From Deferribacterales bacterium (GTDB taxonomy: Bacteria; Chrysiogenota; Deferribacteres; Deferribacterales; Geovibrionaceae), in assembly GCA_050251945.1 (NCBI GenBank), contig JBFWLW010000004.1, positions 203,821 through 267,820 on the forward strand: 64,000 nucleotides of DNA, read 5' to 3'. Under the pieces are notes generated by a model. That model saw only the letters and a program-made list of their open reading frames with translations, was not told where the DNA came from and did no database searches. Positions 21,560 through 31,587 of the stretch are shown one piece after another. Numbering within the stretch: position 1 is the first letter of the stretch; every line of letters starts with the position of its first letter. Position numbers and translations under genes: made by a program.

Positions 21560-22423
21560 ATGGACACCACTGTATATTCTGATGCAGACATCTACGGACA
21601 AAAACTGACATCCGCCGAGTTCACCAGAATACAGGCGTTCATTCATGATAACTGCGGAATAAAACTCCCCGTCACCAAAAAAAACATGGTGGAGGGGAGA
21701 CTCCGCAAACGGCTTAAAACGCTTGGTTTAGGCTCATATACGGAATATCTGTCTTTTGTATTTGAAAGCTCCGATCCGGCTGGAGACGACGAAAAACTGA
21801 GGCTCATTGACGCCATCACTACCAATAAGACGGATTTCTTTCGTGAGCCTAACCATTTTGCCTATCTCACTGAAAAACTGCTTCCGCTTTTTACAGCGGA
21901 GGGCGCCGGAATAAAGCGCTGTCTGAACGTCTGGAGCAGTGCATGTTCCACAGGCGAGGAACCCTATACCCTTGCAATGGTTCTTGCAGAATTTTTCGGT
22001 ATCGACGGCAATTTCCGCGTATATGCCAGCGACATAAACTGCACGGTGCTTGAAAGGGCAGTCAGCGGAATCTATCGCATGGAAAAGATAGCGACTGTGC
22101 CTGCCGACCTTAAAAAAAAGTATCTCATGCGCTCAAAAACCGACAGAACTCTGGTGCGTATAAGACCTGAGCTGCGTGAAAAAGTCTCCTTCGGTCGTCT
22201 GAATCTGATGGACGACGTTTACCGTTTGCCTGTTCAGATGGATATCTCATTCTGTCGTAATGTCATTATATATTTCGACACTGAGACCCAGCAGAATATC
22301 ATAAACAGGATATGCGCCGCCACCGCGCCTGACGGCTATGTTTTTCTTGGTCATTCGGAATCGGTACACGGCATGAAGATAGCCGCCAGACCCATTGCCC
22401 CGACCATACTCAAAAGGATATAA
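21560..22423 (+). CDS. cheR: CheR methyltransferase
   Basis: TTNKTDFFRE, WSSACSTGEEPYT, FCRNVIIYF and LGHSES motifs. Confidence 0.95.
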   Translation: MDTTVYSDADIYGQKLTSAEFTRIQAFIHDNCGIKLPVTKKNMVEGRLRKRLKTLGLGSYTEYLSFVFESSDPAGDDEKLRLIDAITTNKTDFFREPNHFAYLTEKLLPLFTAEGAGIKRCLNVWSSACSTGEEPYTLAMVLAEFFGIDGNFRVYASDINCTVLERAVSGIYRMEKIATVPADLKKKYLMRSKTDRTLVRIRPELREKVSFGRLNLMDDVYRLPVQMDISFCRNVIIYFDTETQQNIINRICAATAPDGYVFLGHSESVHGMKIAARPIAPTILKRI

Positions 22424-22424
22424 A

Positions 22425-22958
22425 ATGCTTTACAGCATAGGCTGTGTCTATCTCAAACCGGGTGAAATCTATTTCAGCGATGTTCCTGCCGTGGTCAATA
22501 CGGTTCTGGGTTCGTGCGTAAGCGTTACTATGTATGCTCCGCGTCTGCGGGCTGGAATAATAAGTCACTGTGTTCTTCCCACGGCTCTGGGCAGCATCAG
22601 GCGCGGTGAGGACGCAATGAAATACGTCGACTGTGCGCTTCTCTATATGCACAAAAAGATGACCTCAACCGGAGCTGACAAGCGCGAGACAGAGGTGAAG
22701 ATGTTCGGCGGAAGCACCATGTTCGGTATTGAAAACGGAGAGAACAGCATTGGAACGAAAAATGTTTCAGCCTCCGTGTCGCTGCTTCGTGGTCTTGGTT
22801 ACTGTATCGTGAAAAGCGATACCGGAGGCAACTTTACAAGAAATCTTTCCTTCAATGTCGGAAGCGGCGTTGTTAATATCAAAAGAACAACCAACTTTTC
22901 TGACGATTCTCACCACAGTTCAATAGGCGTCAAAAGGCTTTCTGCTTTTCCTGAATGA
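22425..22958 (+). CDS. cheD: CheD glutamine deamidase
   Basis: TVLGSCVSV (catalytic Cys), HCVLP, KMFGG and DTGG motifs. Confidence 0.9.
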   Translation: MLYSIGCVYLKPGEIYFSDVPAVVNTVLGSCVSVTMYAPRLRAGIISHCVLPTALGSIRRGEDAMKYVDCALLYMHKKMTSTGADKRETEVKMFGGSTMFGIENGENSIGTKNVSASVSLLRGLGYCIVKSDTGGNFTRNLSFNVGSGVVNIKRTTNFSDDSHHSSIGVKRLSAFPE

Positions 22959-23163
22959 TTCCATAGTTTTGTCACATTGTAAATATTGATGATGTCAAAT
23001 TTTCAACACATTCGCGACAAGCGTTATGCTTGCAGATAATAACGCATGAATAACCGGATGGTCTACGGCTGTAAGATTTTATCAAATAAGCAAAATATGT
23101 TATTGCATTTTCATGGCATGTCCACTATAACCGTTGTGTATAATCTTATATAACGGGTGGAAT

Positions 23164-25035
23164 ATGAAACTATTTGACATGGGAAAAACACTGTTCAGAC
23201 ATGCAGGCACACTGCTTGTCGTAATGGCTATCTCTGTTCTGCTTTACAGCTGCGGTTCCAGCAGCAGCAGCGACGGAGGCACAGAAAGCATACCTCTTTC
23301 AAGCCCTAAAAACTTTGTGATCACTCCTAAAAGCGCATCTCTTGACATTGCATGGACAAAACTTGCGTCTGTTCTGGATGTTGATGCAACGTATGAAGTG
23401 TATATAGGCACAACAGCCGACAACACACAGAAACTCGATCTTACCCCCACAATTGCTGGTAATCTCGTTTCCTGTACAGTTTCCGCACTTGCCGACGGAA
23501 CAGCACTGGTAAACGGTCAGACATATTACGTCAGACTGCGCGCCATATATGACGGCGTAGGTTCGGCTGACCTCAGCGACGCTATGGAAGGAATGCCTGT
23601 TCCGCCCCCTGCAACACCTGTAATATCTTCTCAATTGGGATATGAGGAGATGCTTGAGGTAGTTTGGAGCGATGTTCAGTACGCCGTTAACTATAAAGTG
23701 TACTGGAAAGCAGGTTCAACTGAAACAACTCCCGACGATGATGCCGAAGTTGAGATAGTAACAAATCCCAGAGCTCTCATTAAAGATGTTACGAACGGTT
23801 CCGCCTATCGTGTATGGATACAGGCGATGAACAACGCGGGTGAATCAGGCTATGACTTTGAAGATATCACCCCTGCTGCGGCAACAGTTGTTCCTGATAC
23901 GCCCACATCCACAGGCTTCACAGCTGTAAGCAGCAGCCAGACTGTTACCGTGAGCTGGGCTGCAGTTGCAAACGCAAGAAGCTACGTTCTGAAATATTCC
24001 ACAGTTTCCGGCAACTCAAAAGCAGCCGGCTATACGGAAGTTGCTGTTGACGCCGAGAGCGGCACTGTTACTCAGATGGTGACAGGGCTTACAAACGGCA
24101 CCACTTACTATTTCTCTGTTAAAGCTGTCAACAGTATCGGTGAAACCGCATATACATCTTTAGGCTCTGCTGTTCCCGCTTCAAAAGCGGCAACAACACC
24201 CATAGACTTTTCAGATATCGACTTTGAACTCGGCACTGCAAACTCAGAATACATCTTTGCAGAAGACGTTCCCGCAAGTGCGTTCTTCCCCACCGGAAGA
24301 TCCAGCGACCGTCTCACCAGATTCAAAGAAGCAGCTATAGGCAACCTGTTCTGCGACGGCACTGCATGGTATGTCGCCGACAAATATGAAGATGTTGACT
24401 TCGTTTTCCTTAACGGCGGATATATCGAAGGAGCCATAGCACAGGGGACTGTGACTGTGGGTTCCATCATGCGTATCATCCCTTCCGATTCTCTTGAAGA
24501 CACTCTTACTGTAATATCTCTTACAGGCGAGCAGGTTATCGACCTCTTCCGCAGAGCGGCGGCAGTTGTCCACACAGGACGCGGAAGCAAGAACACAGGC
24601 TCATTCGCCATGGTATCATCTCCCGTTAACTATACTATCCAGTATAAAACATGGGACGATACGACATGGGACGGCACAACAGCCCTCACTTCAACTGAAT
24701 CAAGCGAATATCAGTACGGCTGGATAAAAGAGGACACCCTGAAAATCAACGGTGTCGCTATAGACCCCACTGCAACATACAGAGTTGCGACAACATCCTA
24801 TCTGGCTGACGGAAACGAAGGCTACATAACATTCCTCAGCGGAACAGACAGGGTTGATCACACTGAATATCTCTGGGAAGCGGTTTCAAACTACATCTAT
24901 GAGATGGGTTCAATCACACCCTACCTTGACGGACGTATGTCTCTGATAGGCGGCGTACCGCTTCAGGCTCCCGGCTGGAAAAAAGGCGCACTCGACTGGG
25001 TTGCTCCCTACGACCAGACGACTTATATGCAGTAA
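23164..25035 (+). CDS. Lipoprotein with three FN3 domains and a stand-alone 5'-nucleotidase C-terminal domain
   Basis: Lipobox LLYSC followed by a Ser-rich linker; three W...Y...LxNGxxYyxxxxA FN3 repeats; RFKEAAIGNLFCD, FLNGGYI, LTGEQV and YRVATTSYLADG; no metallophosphoesterase domain. Confidence 0.8.
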   Translation: MKLFDMGKTLFRHAGTLLVVMAISVLLYSCGSSSSSDGGTESIPLSSPKNFVITPKSASLDIAWTKLASVLDVDATYEVYIGTTADNTQKLDLTPTIAGNLVSCTVSALADGTALVNGQTYYVRLRAIYDGVGSADLSDAMEGMPVPPPATPVISSQLGYEEMLEVVWSDVQYAVNYKVYWKAGSTETTPDDDAEVEIVTNPRALIKDVTNGSAYRVWIQAMNNAGESGYDFEDITPAAATVVPDTPTSTGFTAVSSSQTVTVSWAAVANARSYVLKYSTVSGNSKAAGYTEVAVDAESGTVTQMVTGLTNGTTYYFSVKAVNSIGETAYTSLGSAVPASKAATTPIDFSDIDFELGTANSEYIFAEDVPASAFFPTGRSSDRLTRFKEAAIGNLFCDGTAWYVADKYEDVDFVFLNGGYIEGAIAQGTVTVGSIMRIIPSDSLEDTLTVISLTGEQVIDLFRRAAAVVHTGRGSKNTGSFAMVSSPVNYTIQYKTWDDTTWDGTTALTSTESSEYQYGWIKEDTLKINGVAIDPTATYRVATTSYLADGNEGYITFLSGTDRVDHTEYLWEAVSNYIYEMGSITPYLDGRMSLIGGVPLQAPGWKKGALDWVAPYDQTTYMQ

Positions 25036-25043
25036 ATCCTTTT

Positions 25044-25083
25044 CAGCCCTCTGCACACGCTTGCGGGGGGCTGATCTTTTTTT
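25044..25083 (+). terminator. Intrinsic terminator/attenuator between the lipoprotein and TBDR genes
   Basis: CAGCCCTCTGCA/TGCGGGGGGCTG hairpin plus a T-run. Confidence 0.65.
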
Positions 25084-25167
25084 AGAAATGAATCAGTTAT
25101 TTATAAAAGGGAGAGTTTTCATTGCGGAGCGTCTCCCCTTTTTAAATACAGTTTTGAGGGGGTAAAT

Positions 25168-27189
25168 ATGAAGAGACTGATAATTGTGACGCTGTTATTG
25201 TTTTCATTCGCTGCCTATGCAGACGACACGCCCGTTGCCGCGGACGAACCCGTTTATAACCTTGAGATAAACAAGGAAGGAAAGAGGGAGAGTACGGCGG
25301 ATAAGGGCAATGTGATTACAAAGGATGAAATGGAGCGCGACAACGCCCACGACCTTTGGGAAGCTGTGCGTTATACTCCGGGGATAATCCTTTCCGGCGG
25401 CGGCAGCCGCAACGAATCATCTTTCACCGTCAGGGGTTTCGGTGCGGACAGCGTGCCGATATTCGTGGACGGCGTTATCATGGCAAACCCTTACAAAGGG
25501 GAAGGCGATGCGGCAAGGATACTCACAGGAGACCTTGAGAGCGTTACCATACAGAAGGGTTACAGCTCCATGCTTCTCGGTGCGAACACTCTGGGCGGCG
25601 CCATCCTTATGAAGACCGCAAAACCTCAGAAAGAATTTGAGGCTCAGCTTGACACCACAATTGAGTTTGACAGCATATACAAACGTGCCTCCAATTATTA
25701 TCTCGGCAGTATCGGAACCAAACAGGACAAGTTTTATTTCAAAGGCACTGTTCAGCACAGGGACGTGGATCACTTCAGACTTTCAGACGACTTTGAACCC
25801 ACATCCGTTAACCCGCAGGGAAAGGGCGAAAGGCTGTTTTCCGATTCAAAAGATTCCAAATACACACTGGTTGCGGGTATAACCCCGTCTTCAAATCTTG
25901 ATATCTGGGCAACGTACATCTATCAGGACGCGGACAAAGGCGTTTCTCCGCCTGAAACCACCATCGCCGGGGCATCAATCTGGGACTGGCCCGTATGGAA
26001 ACGCAGAAGTTATTCTCTTGCAAGCACATACCATTCAGGCAAGTTCTCGCTGGACACCCTGATACATTACGACAAATACGACAACACTCTGCACGAGTAC
26101 TACAACCTTGCATCATATAATGCAGGCGTACACAAATCGCCGTCCGATTACGATGAATACTCCGCAGGCGGACGCGTGACCGCAGGCTGGACATTCAATC
26201 CCGAAAATAAGATAGAGTTTGCGGCAACCTATAAAAGGGAACAGCATAACAGTCTTACCAAAGACATTAAGGATATGTCCATCAAAGAGGACACCTATTC
26301 CATCGGTACTGAATATACCTACATCCCTGTGAAAAAACTTACCATCGTGGGCGGTATAGGATACGACGCACTGCATCCGGTGAGCTACTGGAGCAAATCG
26401 GATGATTTTGCACAGTTCGTAGGTTCCGAGGAATTTACAGTTGATACAGACAGCGAATGGCTCATAAAAGGTCAGCTCGGTGCGTTCTATGAGGTGGTTG
26501 ACAACCATGAACTGCGTCTTACCTACGCGCGTAAGAACCATTTCCCCAACATGTCTCAAAGATACTCCACCAGATTCGGTTCCGAGCTTCCAAACCCCCA
26601 GCTCCAGCCGGAGATAGCTGACCATTATGAGCTTGGATATAAAGGTGATTTCGGAAGAATTAAGCTGAACACAGCGCTTTACTACAGCGTGCTTAAGGAT
26701 AAGATAACCACCATTGAGATACCCGACCCCACATATCCGACTACATCCGTGGATTTTTCACTGAACATTGACGAGGTTACATTCTACGGGTATGAACTCT
26801 CTGCCGACGCTTCGCTGAACAGATATCTCTCCGGCGGCGTTGCATTCTCTGTCAACAAATACGAAATAGGCAGAAACGCCGACGAGACAGTGGAAGTTAT
26901 AAACTACTATCCGGAGATAACATCCAGCGGATACCTTGTCATAGCTCCTTTCAGAGATTTTACACTGACTCCCAGAGTTGAATATATAGATTCAAGATAT
27001 GCCGACGTTGAGGGCAACGAAAAACTCAGCAGCTATGTTCTTGTGGGACTTAAAGCAACGTACGACATCAACAGAAATTTCGCGGTTTCAGTTGGTGCGA
27101 GCAACATCCTTGATGAGAACTATGAAATAAAAGAATACTATCCGCTGGCGGGAAGAACATTCTACGCGACACTCTCTGCCAGATACTGA
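25168..27189 (+). CDS. TonB-dependent receptor
   Basis: Signal peptide; plug motifs GSRNESSFTVRGF...FVDG and IQKGYSSMLLGANTLGGAI; C-terminus GRTFYATLSARY. Confidence 0.92.
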   Translation: MKRLIIVTLLLFSFAAYADDTPVAADEPVYNLEINKEGKRESTADKGNVITKDEMERDNAHDLWEAVRYTPGIILSGGGSRNESSFTVRGFGADSVPIFVDGVIMANPYKGEGDAARILTGDLESVTIQKGYSSMLLGANTLGGAILMKTAKPQKEFEAQLDTTIEFDSIYKRASNYYLGSIGTKQDKFYFKGTVQHRDVDHFRLSDDFEPTSVNPQGKGERLFSDSKDSKYTLVAGITPSSNLDIWATYIYQDADKGVSPPETTIAGASIWDWPVWKRRSYSLASTYHSGKFSLDTLIHYDKYDNTLHEYYNLASYNAGVHKSPSDYDEYSAGGRVTAGWTFNPENKIEFAATYKREQHNSLTKDIKDMSIKEDTYSIGTEYTYIPVKKLTIVGGIGYDALHPVSYWSKSDDFAQFVGSEEFTVDTDSEWLIKGQLGAFYEVVDNHELRLTYARKNHFPNMSQRYSTRFGSELPNPQLQPEIADHYELGYKGDFGRIKLNTALYYSVLKDKITTIEIPDPTYPTTSVDFSLNIDEVTFYGYELSADASLNRYLSGGVAFSVNKYEIGRNADETVEVINYYPEITSSGYLVIAPFRDFTLTPRVEYIDSRYADVEGNEKLSSYVLVGLKATYDINRNFAVSVGASNILDENYEIKEYYPLAGRTFYATLSARY

Positions 27190-27198
27190 TTGAAGCAG

Positions 27199-27227
27199 CC
27201 GCCGCGAAGAGTTTTCGCGGCGGTTTT
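27199..27227. terminator. Terminator between the convergent TBDR and tonB genes
   Basis: CCGCCGCGAA/TTCGCGGCGG hairpin plus TTTT. Confidence 0.7.
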
Positions 27228-27255
27228 AAATCCTTTCAAAAAATTATCTGATTAA

Positions 27256-27984
27256 TCAGCCCTGAAGTTTGTACATGACTGGTACGACAACTGATATCTG
27301 CTTATCTGCGTTGTGCTTGATAGGAAAAACAGAACGAACGAGCTTCATGGCTTCGCTGTCGAGAATATCGTAACCGCTGGAAGAGACTATCTCGGAGTTT
27401 AGAAGAGCGCCGCTGGGAGATATGACGAGCTTCATTTTAACTATCCCCTCCATGCCTCTGCGCCTTGCCATCATTGGGTAGGTTTTGTTTTTTTCCAGTC
27501 TGGAACTGAGCGTGGACTGGTATGCGGAGTAATCGAACGAAGGCTTTGCCGCCGCCTGAGCCACCGGTGCCGACACCGGAGCTGAGACCGGAACCGCCGT
27601 GGCGGCTGCGGTTTGTACTGCGGGAGCGGGGGCGGCAGGTTCCTGCGCAGGGGGTGCCGCTGGAATCGCCGCCTCTGCCACTGCCGCAGAATTAACGGAT
27701 TCAAACACTTTATTTTCAACAGGTTTCGGTTTCGCAATCTGTTTCTGAACCGGTTTCGGCACAACCGGAGCGGGTGCTTCGGTCTTCTGCTGCTGAACGG
27801 GTTCAGGCGCGGGAGGAAGAACCTCCTGCACAGGGGGAGGCGGAGCCGTCTCTTTGAAATAGGCGGACAGGTCTATTACCTGTGTTTCCGGTTCCGGAAC
27901 CAGTCCGGTTATTGTTGATGCGTAAAACAGCGCGCCCAAAAGAAGACCGTGGATGGCGACTGACTGAACTGCTGCCTTTCTCAT
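27256..27984 (-). CDS. tonB: Energy transducer TonB
   Basis: N-terminal TM with SxxxH, Pro/Ala-rich linker, YPMMARRRGMEG C-domain. Confidence 0.92.
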   Translation of the reverse strand: MRKAAVQSVAIHGLLLGALFYASTITGLVPEPETQVIDLSAYFKETAPPPPVQEVLPPAPEPVQQQKTEAPAPVVPKPVQKQIAKPKPVENKVFESVNSAAVAEAAIPAAPPAQEPAAPAPAVQTAAATAVPVSAPVSAPVAQAAAKPSFDYSAYQSTLSSRLEKNKTYPMMARRRGMEGIVKMKLVISPSGALLNSEIVSSSGYDILDSEAMKLVRSVFPIKHNADKQISVVVPVMYKLQG

Positions 27985-27987
27985 ATC

Positions 27988-28362
27988 TTATTCCTTCTCT
28001 GTTTCGAGGTTTACGTTTTTAAAGCCCGCCAGTTTTAGCATATTCATAATATCGACGAAGTTCTGTATCACAGAGTTTCTGTCTGCCCTGAGAACGACGG
28101 GGCTCTCTTTGTCCAGAACGGAGATCGTTTCGGAAAGCCCCTGAATTGAGTAGGTTTTTCCTTCATAGTAATATTTTCCGTCCTTTGAAACGTCTATCGT
28201 TATCCCCTGTTTCGCGCTTTCCGTCTTCGACGCTTTCGGAAGCTCCACAGGGATAGAGCCTTTGGCTATGAATGTTGCCGTTGCCAGCACTATCGTGAGA
28301 AGCACCAGCATGATGTCGATGAAGGGAACAACGTTTATGGTATCAAAGCTTTTTTCTTTCAT
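27988..28362 (-). CDS. exbD: ExbD
   Basis: INVVPFIDIMLVLL and VVLRAD motifs. Confidence 0.93.
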   Translation of the reverse strand: MKEKSFDTINVVPFIDIMLVLLTIVLATATFIAKGSIPVELPKASKTESAKQGITIDVSKDGKYYYEGKTYSIQGLSETISVLDKESPVVLRADRNSVIQNFVDIMNMLKLAGFKNVNLETEKE

Positions 28363-28777
28363 TCTGAGCCTCTTTCGCGAGCATCAGCACGTTGACCCTT
28401 CTGTGGAGCAGGTTGTAAAGCACGATGGAGGGGATCGCCACCAGAAGTCCCGCCGCGGTTGCCTTAAGCGCCAGCGCAAGACCCGCCATGATGTCGTTAA
28501 CGTTTGTCGTGCCTCCGGTACCCATGGAGTAAAACGTCTGCATGATACCGAGAACAGTTCCAAGAAGACCGATGTACGGTGCGTTGCTGCCGATAGTGGC
28601 AACGATGTGCAGACGCCCTGTCAGAGCGGACTCCAGCTCCTGCGCCGTCTGATATGACTCAACGTCGGTATTTTTGTAAAAGCGGTATCTTTCAATAGCG
28701 ACGGCAATCGCCACGATGCTTAACACAACGAGTAATCCTATTATGCCGTAATCAACCATATGTCCGAGCATATTCAT
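28343..28777 (-). CDS. exbB: ExbB (short form)
   Basis: TIGSNAPYIGLLGTVLGIM and ALKATAAGLLVAIP motifs. Confidence 0.93.
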   Translation of the reverse strand: MNMLGHMVDYGIIGLLVVLSIVAIAVAIERYRFYKNTDVESYQTAQELESALTGRLHIVATIGSNAPYIGLLGTVLGIMQTFYSMGTGGTTNVNDIMAGLALALKATAAGLLVAIPSIVLYNLLHRRVNVLMLAKEAQNERKKL

Positions 28778-28798
28778 TATATCATCTCCGAAATAAGC

Positions 28799-28817
28799 GA
28801 TAACGATATTCGATATC
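28799..28817. promoter_or_regulatory. Fur box (exbB side)
   Basis: GATAACGATATTCGATATC matches 15/19 positions of GATAATGATAATCATTATC. Confidence 0.75.
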
Positions 28818-28898
28818 AGATATTAAAGCAGTAGTCAACTCAAAATTAAAAATGCAATGAACGCTTGACAAAAAAAGATAATACGGTAAGTATTGCCT

Positions 28899-28917
28899 GA
28901 AATTGAATATCAATATC
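28899..28917. promoter_or_regulatory. Fur box (ABC-transporter side)
   Basis: GAAATTGAATATCAATATC, 14/19 match; a TTGACA -35 element lies at 28865-28870. Confidence 0.65.
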
Positions 28918-28931
28918 CGGTGATTTATCAA

Positions 28932-29885
28932 ATGAAATTTATTGTTTTATCGGCGGCGGTTATCCTTCTGGGGTGCTGTTCACTCTTTCTCGGATACACC
29001 GAAATTTCCGTTTCAGATATTTTTGATATGTCGGACAGGCAATCCCTGGTTATGGTCGCAAGCCGGATCCCGCGGCTGGCGGCTGTCATAATAGCGGGTG
29101 CGTCAATGAGCATCTGCGGGGTCATCATGCAGCAGATGTCACACAACAGGTTCGTTTCGCCCACGACAGCGGGCACAATGGACGCAGCGGCGCTGGGCAT
29201 AATGCTCTCCATGCTGATATTTCCGGACGGCGGCACATATCAGCGCCTGTCGATATCGCTGGGCGTGACGCTTGCGGCTTCTGCGGTCTTTATGACCATT
29301 GCCGAACGCATAAAATTCAAAAATCTGGTGTTCGTGCCTCTTCTGGGCATAATTTTCGGCAACATACTGGATTCGGTGACCACCTTCATCGGTCTTCAGT
29401 TCAATGTGGTGCACAGCATGGCTTCGTGGCTTCACGGCGACTTTTCGTCGGTGATGCAGGGGCGTTATGAGATAATGTATATCAGCATCCCGCTTCTGGC
29501 GGCGGCGTATATCTATGCCGACAGGTTCACCCTTATGGGGATGGGCAGGAGCTTTGCCGTGAATCTCGGCATGAACTACAGCACCATGTTTCGTCTGGGG
29601 CTGGTGATAGTCTCATGCGTGACGGCGGTGATAGTGCTTACAGTCGGTATGATACCCTTCGTCGGGCTTATCGTGCCGAACATAGTAAGCATGCTTTACG
29701 GCGACAACCTGCGCAGGACACTTCCAATAACGGCACTTTCGGGGTCTTTGTTTCTGCTGGTGTGCGATATTCTCGGCAGAACCTTAATGGCTCCGTATGA
29801 AATATCCGTCAGCGTTATGGTGGGGATAATCGGTGGCGCGATCTTCCTTTATCTGATACTTGGGAGGCGCGTAAATGCGGGATAG
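28932..29885 (+). CDS. FecCD-family siderophore ABC permease (CeuB/YclN/FatD-like)
   Basis: SRIPRLAAVIIAG and MQQMSHNRFVSPTTAGT motifs. ATG at 28932 preferred because the upstream TTG overlaps the Fur box. Confidence 0.9.
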   Translation: MKFIVLSAAVILLGCCSLFLGYTEISVSDIFDMSDRQSLVMVASRIPRLAAVIIAGASMSICGVIMQQMSHNRFVSPTTAGTMDAAALGIMLSMLIFPDGGTYQRLSISLGVTLAASAVFMTIAERIKFKNLVFVPLLGIIFGNILDSVTTFIGLQFNVVHSMASWLHGDFSSVMQGRYEIMYISIPLLAAAYIYADRFTLMGMGRSFAVNLGMNYSTMFRLGLVIVSCVTAVIVLTVGMIPFVGLIVPNIVSMLYGDNLRRTLPITALSGSLFLLVCDILGRTLMAPYEISVSVMVGIIGGAIFLYLILGRRVNAG

Positions 29886-30822
29886 CGTAAAACTTGCCGT
29901 ACTTTTTGCGGTGTCAGTCTGCTGTGTTCTCCTTTTCATGTTTTACGACGCGGGGAGCGACCTCTCATTCATCCTGCCCGAACGCGGGGCAAAGGTGGCG
30001 GCGATGGTGCTTACGGGGGTTGCAGTGGCTTATTCGTCGGTGATTTTTCAGACAATAACATTCAACCGCATACTCACGCCTTCGGTGATGGGATTTGACG
30101 CCGTATATCTGTTTTTGCAGACGACGGCACTTTTTCTTTTCGGCGGCGGCGGGCTTATGATGGTCAACGAGGTCTTCAATTTCTCAGTTTCGGCTTTATC
30201 ACTGATGCTGTTTACTTTTTTTCTGTATAAGCTGGTGTTTGTACGCAAGGGGAACGTCTTTTTCCTTATGCTGGTGGGTGTGGTGATGTGGACACTGTTC
30301 AGAAGCCTGACAGTTTTCATGCAGATGCTCATAGACCCGAACGAATATGCAATTGTACAGGACACGATGTTCGCGAGTTTCAATAACGTCCGCGGAGATC
30401 TGATAGGCGTTTCTTCGGTTATAATCGCCGCAGTGGCGATATTCTGTGTGCCGATGCTCAGAAAGCTGGACGTGATGCTTCTGGGCAGGGAGCATGCGAT
30501 AAACCTCGGCATATCGTACGACTCGCTGGTGAAAAGGGTGCTTATCATAATCACCCTGCTGGTGGCGGTACCCACAGCGCTTGTGGGGCAGATGACCTTT
30601 CTGGGAATAATCGTGAGCAATCTCGCATATGAAACAATGAAGACCTACAGACATGCATACGTCATAACGTGCGCCTCTCTCATATCGGTAATAGCCATAA
30701 CCGGCGGGCAGTTTATTCTGGAGCGGGTCTTCTACTTTAACATAACAATTTCGGTGATCATCAATTTTGCCGGAGGAATCTACTTTATCTATCTTCTTAC
30801 AAGGGAGGGTAAAAGATGCTGA
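29875..30822 (+). CDS. FecCD-family siderophore ABC permease (CeuC/YclO/FatC-like)
   Basis: FQTITFNRILTPSVMGFD motif. Confidence 0.9.
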   Translation: MRDSVKLAVLFAVSVCCVLLFMFYDAGSDLSFILPERGAKVAAMVLTGVAVAYSSVIFQTITFNRILTPSVMGFDAVYLFLQTTALFLFGGGGLMMVNEVFNFSVSALSLMLFTFFLYKLVFVRKGNVFFLMLVGVVMWTLFRSLTVFMQMLIDPNEYAIVQDTMFASFNNVRGDLIGVSSVIIAAVAIFCVPMLRKLDVMLLGREHAINLGISYDSLVKRVLIIITLLVAVPTALVGQMTFLGIIVSNLAYETMKTYRHAYVITCASLISVIAITGGQFILERVFYFNITISVIINFAGGIYFIYLLTREGKRC

Positions 30823-31574
30823 AAACGGAGAATATTTCAAAATATTATGACGAAAAAGCAGTCGTGGAGAACGTAAGCGTTGAGATACCGAAGGGAAAGA
30901 TAACTTCCTTCATCGGTTCAAACGGTGCAGGCAAAAGCACTCTGCTCTCTATAATAAGCCGGCTTATTAAACAGTCGGGCGGCGGCGTATATCTTGAGGG
31001 AACACCAATCACCGACATAGCTGACAGCGAACTTGCAAAGCGGGTCTCTATCCTGAAACAGTCCAGTCATGTCAATATACGCCTCACCGTGCGGGAGCTG
31101 GTTTCGTTCGGAAGATTTCCGTACAGCGGCGGGCGGCTTACGGCAGAGGACGGGGAGATGATATCCCGCGCAATAGGTTATATGGATCTTGAAAGTTCGG
31201 AGAACAAATATATCGACACTCTAAGCGGCGGACAGCGACAGAGGGCTTTTATCGCAATGATAATAGCACAGGATACGGACTACGTTCTTCTGGACGAGCC
31301 GCTGAATAATCTGGACATGAAACATTCGGTGCAGATTATGAAAACCCTGCGCAGGCTCACCGACGAGCTTGGAAAGACCGTCGTGCTTGTTATCCACGAT
31401 ATAAACTTCGCCTCCTGCTATTCGGATTACATTGCCGCTCTGAAAGACGGAAAGCTTGCCGGATTCGGCACTGTAAAGGAGATGATAGACGGCGGAATCC
31501 TGAAAAACGTTTTTGGAATGGAATTTGACGTCCGCGAAATGAACGGCAGCAGGATATGTCTTTATTACACATAA
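30816..31574 (+). CDS. Siderophore ABC transporter ATPase (CeuD/YclP-like)
   Basis: GSNGAGKST, LSGGQRQR and LLDEP motifs. Confidence 0.93.
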   Translation: MLKTENISKYYDEKAVVENVSVEIPKGKITSFIGSNGAGKSTLLSIISRLIKQSGGGVYLEGTPITDIADSELAKRVSILKQSSHVNIRLTVRELVSFGRFPYSGGRLTAEDGEMISRAIGYMDLESSENKYIDTLSGGQRQRAFIAMIIAQDTDYVLLDEPLNNLDMKHSVQIMKTLRRLTDELGKTVVLVIHDINFASCYSDYIAALKDGKLAGFGTVKEMIDGGILKNVFGMEFDVREMNGSRICLYYT

Positions 31575-31587
31575 ATGAGGTGAAAAG

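Noticed and set aside
23020-23100. c-di-GMP-I riboswitch suggested by GGTCTACGG
   Set aside because: The GCAAA/GNRA P2 and GACGCAAAGC-type core elements are absent.
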